A model generated the notes under the pieces. The model was not told the DNA's origin, did not search any database, and saw only the letters and a program-made list of their open reading frames with translations. Shown here one piece after another: positions 59,470 to 64,000 of a stretch of 64,000 bases of DNA (within the stretch, counting starts at the first letter, position 1; every line of letters starts with the position of its first letter). Source of the stretch: a virus. The position numbers and the translations under genes are program-made. The stretch is taken from the IMG/VR virus record IMGVR_UViG_3300050122_000130, positions 31,489 through 95,488 of that record. One strand, 5' to 3'.

Positions 59470-60114
59470 ATGGCCGACCAGCAGAAGTATCCTTTGGCGT
59501 GGCCCACCGGGCAACCACGCACCCAATACCGCAAGGACGCACAGTTCTATAAACGCGGTGCAGCTGACGCCGGCGGATGGAAACCTGCCAAAAATCTCAC
59601 GATCGCGCAGTCAATGGAACGACTTCGTTACGAGGTTGATCGCATGGGCGTCAATTTCGAGGACGATTGCCTCGTCTCATCGAATTTGAAACTCAATATG
59701 AGTGGCCTGCCTCGAAGCGATCAAGGTGAACCGGCTGATCCTGGCGTTGCTGTTTATTGGCAGAGCAAGAGCGGTCCTCGCGTGATGGCGATCGATATCT
59801 ACAATCGAGTTGCCGACAATATTGCGGCCGTTTCAAAGACGCTGGAATACATGCGCGGCATCGAGCGTCATGGAGGTTCGCACATCCAAGAGCGAGCCTT
59901 TACCGGGTTCGATGCTCTGCCGCCCCCTGACGGTTGTTGGAAGATCCTCGCGATCGATAAGACGATCGTCCTGTCGAAAGCAGAGCAATTTCGCAAAGCA
60001 TACGTCATGGATTCCTTCCGCATCGCCGCGCGCGACGGTCACGGCAACGGCGCCGATATGGATCGGCTCGTGAAGGCGCGCGACGAAGCGCTGAAGCAGA
60101 TCGGAGTTGCGTGA
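59470..60114 (+). CDS. Phage J-domain-like protein (HPD absent)
   Basis: YPLAWP.G.PRT, DPGVAVYW, A.D.Y..V..N, RG.ERHG, GF.ALP. Confidence 0.7.
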   Translation: MADQQKYPLAWPTGQPRTQYRKDAQFYKRGAADAGGWKPAKNLTIAQSMERLRYEVDRMGVNFEDDCLVSSNLKLNMSGLPRSDQGEPADPGVAVYWQSKSGPRVMAIDIYNRVADNIAAVSKTLEYMRGIERHGGSHIQERAFTGFDALPPPDGCWKILAIDKTIVLSKAEQFRKAYVMDSFRIAARDGHGNGADMDRLVKARDEALKQIGVA

Positions 60115-60443
60115 TGATGGACCTTCTTACGCTCCCGATCGGCTCGATCATCATATTCGCAGCAATCCCGCCAGCTCCACCGGCGCCGGACGGATGGCTG
60201 GACATCACCGACAGCTTCGAATGCATTCAACAGATAGAAGAATTTCGTGAGCACTTTCCGACGGCCGGAGAATTTGTTTCGCACGATCCTCTGTTCTGCA
60301 TCAAGAAGATCGAACCGACAGGAGTATCTTGAAACGGTCGCGCAAGGGCTTCCTCCCGAACGCGGCCGGGGAGGCCGGGTCGAGTAATCATACTTCTCCC
60401 CGGCCTCCTACCAGCCTAGTTACCCTGTTAAAAGGAAATCACC

Positions 60444-60869
60444 ATGGAAAATATGATTTGGGCGCTGATCATTGTAACCGGCGCCGCCAATGTAAATGTC
60501 TCGACAGGATATCCGAACAAGGCCATCTGCGAAGATGCGATCAGCATCGTCAAAACAGGAATGACTGTTATCGAAAAGAAATCATCGGATGAAGCCGACA
60601 AGGTGCGCGAGGCTAGGCTCGATCAAGAATTTCTCGCCGCCAATCCCCCGAGACCAACCATAAAACAGGACGAGGGAAAGTGCGGAAAGGTCAACAAGAG
60701 TGGAGTCACTTACTTCTCCGGACAATACAGCTGCACGATAGACGAGGACACGAACACGACGTCATTCAACAGAAATCCTTGGGTCACCACGACCAGTATA
60801 GGGATCGTAGATCCAGACAGAGCTATAAAGTATGCAAAGTGCGTATTGGTGGACTCGAGTAAAAAATAA
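60444..60869 (+). CDS. Hypothetical secreted/Cys-containing protein
   Basis: Hydrophobic N-terminus, AAGGA RBS. Confidence 0.55.
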   Translation: MENMIWALIIVTGAANVNVSTGYPNKAICEDAISIVKTGMTVIEKKSSDEADKVREARLDQEFLAANPPRPTIKQDEGKCGKVNKSGVTYFSGQYSCTIDEDTNTTSFNRNPWVTTTSIGIVDPDRAIKYAKCVLVDSSKK

Positions 60870-61655
60870 CAAAGGATTCATCCGATGACCATGCAACTCG
60901 AATCCAGTGCACAAGCCTTTGTCATTCACTGCGACGAATGCCCGGAGGCATTCGATACGGAGCACGTCGCGTGGGGACCGGCTTTAGAGGCAGCCAAGGA
61001 AAAGGGATGGCGCGCGTACATGGGACCCGACAAGAAGTTTGCTCATAGCTGCCCGTCATGCACGGAAGATTTTAAGAGGACGCAACGTCGATGATTGACT
61101 CAGTCCGCCCCTCTTATCCTGGAAGCGCCAGTGCGGAATCTTTGATTGCGCGTGCCGAAAAGTATCTCAACACCGGCTCCGGCGAATACGCCAGCGAGAT
61201 CATGCGCGACATGGCGGAGTTTATCCGTCGCCTCCCCAGTCCTGCCCAAACAGAAAAAGTGCCGATCAAGGAAAGTGATTTAGCCCGTTTTTTCCTTGGG
61301 ATCGTCGTGAGCGAGCGAAAGGGGATTGGCGACGTTTTCGATTCAGCCAAGGATTTTCTCGCGAAATACGAGGTTACAGTCAGGGGTTCACAGGTCTCAT
61401 CGACAGGCGGAGGGGCTGCGGCATGAGCATCCTATTATTGCAAATCGAAAAGTGGGTTCTTGAGGTCAAAACACATGGCGACGGATTCCATATCGCCATG
61501 ATCGAGGACGACAAGCCCGCGACCAGCCACTACGTGAGACTGGACGCTGAGCAGTCCGAAAGTCTGCGCGAGTTTTTGAACGAAGCTTCCAATTGTGAGG
61601 CCGATCATCCGGCAAATGAATACGTTAGCGAAAATGGCCAATTCGGAGTTGGAGC

Positions 61656-62096
61656 ATGACGCTCCCGCTCGAAAATCCACGAAATCTGCTCGGCATCGGC
61701 ACGCTCGACGGGCTCGAAAAGTTCATCGCTGGATGCGGCCTTGATGCTGGTATCCGGCGATACGTCGCCATCCTTCGGTCGCAGGGCGTAGAAACGTGCC
61801 AATCCTGTGAGGGCGGCCCTGGCCATTGCTATCCGGTCCCCACAGTCGAATTTCTCGGTGACCAAGGCGAAGGATACAGGGCCGTCTCGATCGCCATCAC
61901 GTTCGGCCTTCCGGTCTACGACCTCAAGCGCCTTTGGCACGTTCAGAGCGGTGAACTGACCGGACCAATCTGGTCAATGACATTCCGGGAAAAGAGCGAT
62001 CCTACATTTGCATCGAACGAAACGGTTGAACGTCACGATCGTGTCGAATCACCGTCCTCGGTCCCCGCCACACAATCATCAGCTAAGGCGGATTGA
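61656..62096 (+). CDS. Hypothetical protein (LD.GI...V..L...G.ET..SC.G motif)
   Basis: Motif reminiscent of TYW3-like folds. Confidence 0.5.
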   Translation: MTLPLENPRNLLGIGTLDGLEKFIAGCGLDAGIRRYVAILRSQGVETCQSCEGGPGHCYPVPTVEFLGDQGEGYRAVSIAITFGLPVYDLKRLWHVQSGELTGPIWSMTFREKSDPTFASNETVERHDRVESPSSVPATQSSAKAD

Positions 62097-62671
62097 CGCA
62101 TGGCTTACGAAAACGACCATTATCGCAAGCTCCGGCATCGCATCTCAAACTTAGAGATGGTCAAGGAATACACGGACCTCGCCCGCTTATTCCGCTCTAT
62201 GAAGTATGGCGACAAGGTTGTCTTCACAACCTTCACCAAAATCCACGACGACGAACTCCGCGCCTCGCTCAGTAAGTCAATGAAAGACGAGGTAATCGAG
62301 TTTGCCGCTCAAAAGTGCGAAGACCTCGCCGTCAAGTTTCTGGATTCTGACGCCGGCCCAGATCTGGAGTTCGATCTTCGGAAGGCGTGCCACGAATGAC
62401 ATGCCGCACCTCGCGAGTCCCACCCCATGATGGACGGACACCATGAGCATTTTTCGGCCGCGTGAAGCTGTATCCCAATGTGAAGGATTAGCCGCCCAGT
62501 GCGAACGGATTTCGCTGTCTTGGAAATCAGGCATCATTGCTGATTTATACGACGAGCAGCGGCGCATTTATCTTTATCGTCGCAAAGCACTGATTGCCAA
62601 ATATGGGATCAGGTGTTGCGCACTTTCGCGCCCAAATCTCTGTACCCCCTCCAGCGCTCCTGGAGGCAACG

Positions 62672-63301
62672 ATGCTGGTTGAGCGAATTTGCGCCCATTG
62701 TGGAATAGCTTTCCAGACGAAACACTGGAAACCGCAGCGCTTTTGCACCAAAAGCTGCGGCGCGCATGTCAGCAAAAACAAGCGTCATGGCCTATCCGAC
62801 ACCAACGAGCATCGGGCTTGGACGCGGATTCGGCGCCGCTGCAACAGCCCGAGCTACCACAATTTTCCCAGATACGGCGGACGCGGCATAAAGGTCTGCG
62901 CTCGATGGGACCTATTTGAGAACTTCCTTGCCGACATGGGGCCGCGTCCTCCTGGCTTGACGCTGGAGCGCATCGATAACGATGGCGATTATGAGCCGTC
63001 CAATTGCAGATGGGCCACCCAGGCGGAGCAGAACAAGAACAAATCCAATGTCCACACCGATGACGAAGATCGGAAAATTAGTGAGGCGCTTGCGGAAGGT
63101 CTAAACTTTACGCAGGTGGCCGCGCGATTGGGTACGTCTATTGGATCTGTCAGCAGCCGAGCATATCGGATTGGCCTGAAATCTGGCCAGCCGGTGCAGA
63201 AAATAACCGACCGGCCCGGCCCTCCGCTTTATCGCGACGACGAGACAGAGTGCCGCACCTCAGAGCATCCTTCGCAGAACTCCCCAACAGAGGCAAGTTG
63301 A
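62672..63301 (+). CDS. HNH-type homing endonuclease with C-terminal HTH
   Basis: YGGRGI.VC.RW..F..F.ADMG, TLERIDNDG.Y.P.NCRWAT..EQ..N. Confidence 0.88.
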   Translation: MLVERICAHCGIAFQTKHWKPQRFCTKSCGAHVSKNKRHGLSDTNEHRAWTRIRRRCNSPSYHNFPRYGGRGIKVCARWDLFENFLADMGPRPPGLTLERIDNDGDYEPSNCRWATQAEQNKNKSNVHTDDEDRKISEALAEGLNFTQVAARLGTSIGSVSSRAYRIGLKSGQPVQKITDRPGPPLYRDDETECRTSEHPSQNSPTEAS

Positions 63302-63304
63302 CGC

Positions 63305-63973
63305 ATGGCTACGATCACCACGAAATATTCTATCGGCGATAAAGTTTTCTACCCCTCGACGACCACGGAGCGCAAACAGCATCCGTGCCCAGACTGCAAG
63401 GGAAGTCGGAAGTGGGAGGCGAAGTCCCCGGCCGGCGGCGAGTACACCTTTGCCTGCCCGCGTTGTGCCGCAAGCTATAACAGCGACCGGGATATGACAC
63501 TGGACTATTCGGCGTCAGTTCCGGTCGTCAGGTCGTTGACGATTGGCAGCGTCCAATTCAACACGGCGCCTAGTTCATACGATCACGGCGCCCGCTACAT
63601 GTGCCAGGAAACCGGCGTTGGTTCCGGCAACGTATACAATGAGAAAGACCTGTTTCTCACTGAGGAAGAGGCGCTTGGCGCCGCAAAGATTAAGGCCGAT
63701 CTTTCCAACGTCACGACTGAGTGGATTGTTCAGCTTTACAACAAAAGTTTGAAAGTCTCCGATTACCAACTCGAATCTGCGCTCTTGCGGAAGGCTAAGG
63801 ACGAGCAGTCCCGCGCCAGTTCGATGCTGTGGAATTTGGGCGAGCTCTTTGAGACAATCCAGGAAGCGGACGACAAGGATGCTATCCTTGAAGCCGTCGA
63901 AGAGTACAAAAAATACGACTGGAGTCGTGACAAAGAGAAGGTCCAGCAGTCCCCGCAGGACACCGCGTCATGA
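63305..63973 (+). CDS. Hypothetical Zn-ribbon protein
   Basis: TKYSIGD.V, CPDC.G...CPRC. Confidence 0.6.
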   Translation: MATITTKYSIGDKVFYPSTTTERKQHPCPDCKGSRKWEAKSPAGGEYTFACPRCAASYNSDRDMTLDYSASVPVVRSLTIGSVQFNTAPSSYDHGARYMCQETGVGSGNVYNEKDLFLTEEEALGAAKIKADLSNVTTEWIVQLYNKSLKVSDYQLESALLRKAKDEQSRASSMLWNLGELFETIQEADDKDAILEAVEEYKKYDWSRDKEKVQQSPQDTAS

Positions 63974-64000
63974 AAATCACAAGAAAGCGCCGCTACGAAG

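Overview
This window is a GC-rich (roughly 60% by eye) tailed-phage or prophage segment. The host is most likely an alphaproteobacterium (Hyphomicrobiales, Bradyrhizobium-like), judged from a DUF3309 gene and the XRE type. Left arm, - strand, 1-21.2 kb: head and packaging module of the Bcep781/PB1-like type (terS, intein-containing terL, DUF1073 portal, MuF/gp7, DUF2213 protease, scaffold, decoration, DUF2184 capsid, DUF4054 adaptor), with many accessory genes interleaved. A small + strand island sits at 22-24.4 kb. A - strand block at 24.4-37.5 kb holds ParB-MTase, SLOG, SSB, WYL, a Q-like regulator, primase-helicase, an MTase and RuvC. After a divergent control region near 37.5-38.1 kb, a long + strand early/recombination arm follows (MTase, XREs, SMC-like ATPase, RecE-like exonuclease, RecD-like helicase, DUF5131, DEDDh exonuclease, ParB, J-like protein). 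There are eight homing-type endonucleases. No integrase, lysis or tail genes, canonical tRNA or CRISPR were seen. Main candidate system: the portal and prohead protease genes are polyproteins carrying enzyme cargo (an R-S-E ADP-ribosyltransferase with a wHTH; a Nudix hydrolase; a HipA/PI3K-like kinase). The cargo domains are bounded by A-x-D motifs that also occur in capsid, scaffold and MuF. The kinase and ART cargoes each begin with the same [FW]xExxxxRxxDGKF leader. This suggests protease-released, virion-delivered effectors. All family assignments come from motif recognition by eye, not database searches.
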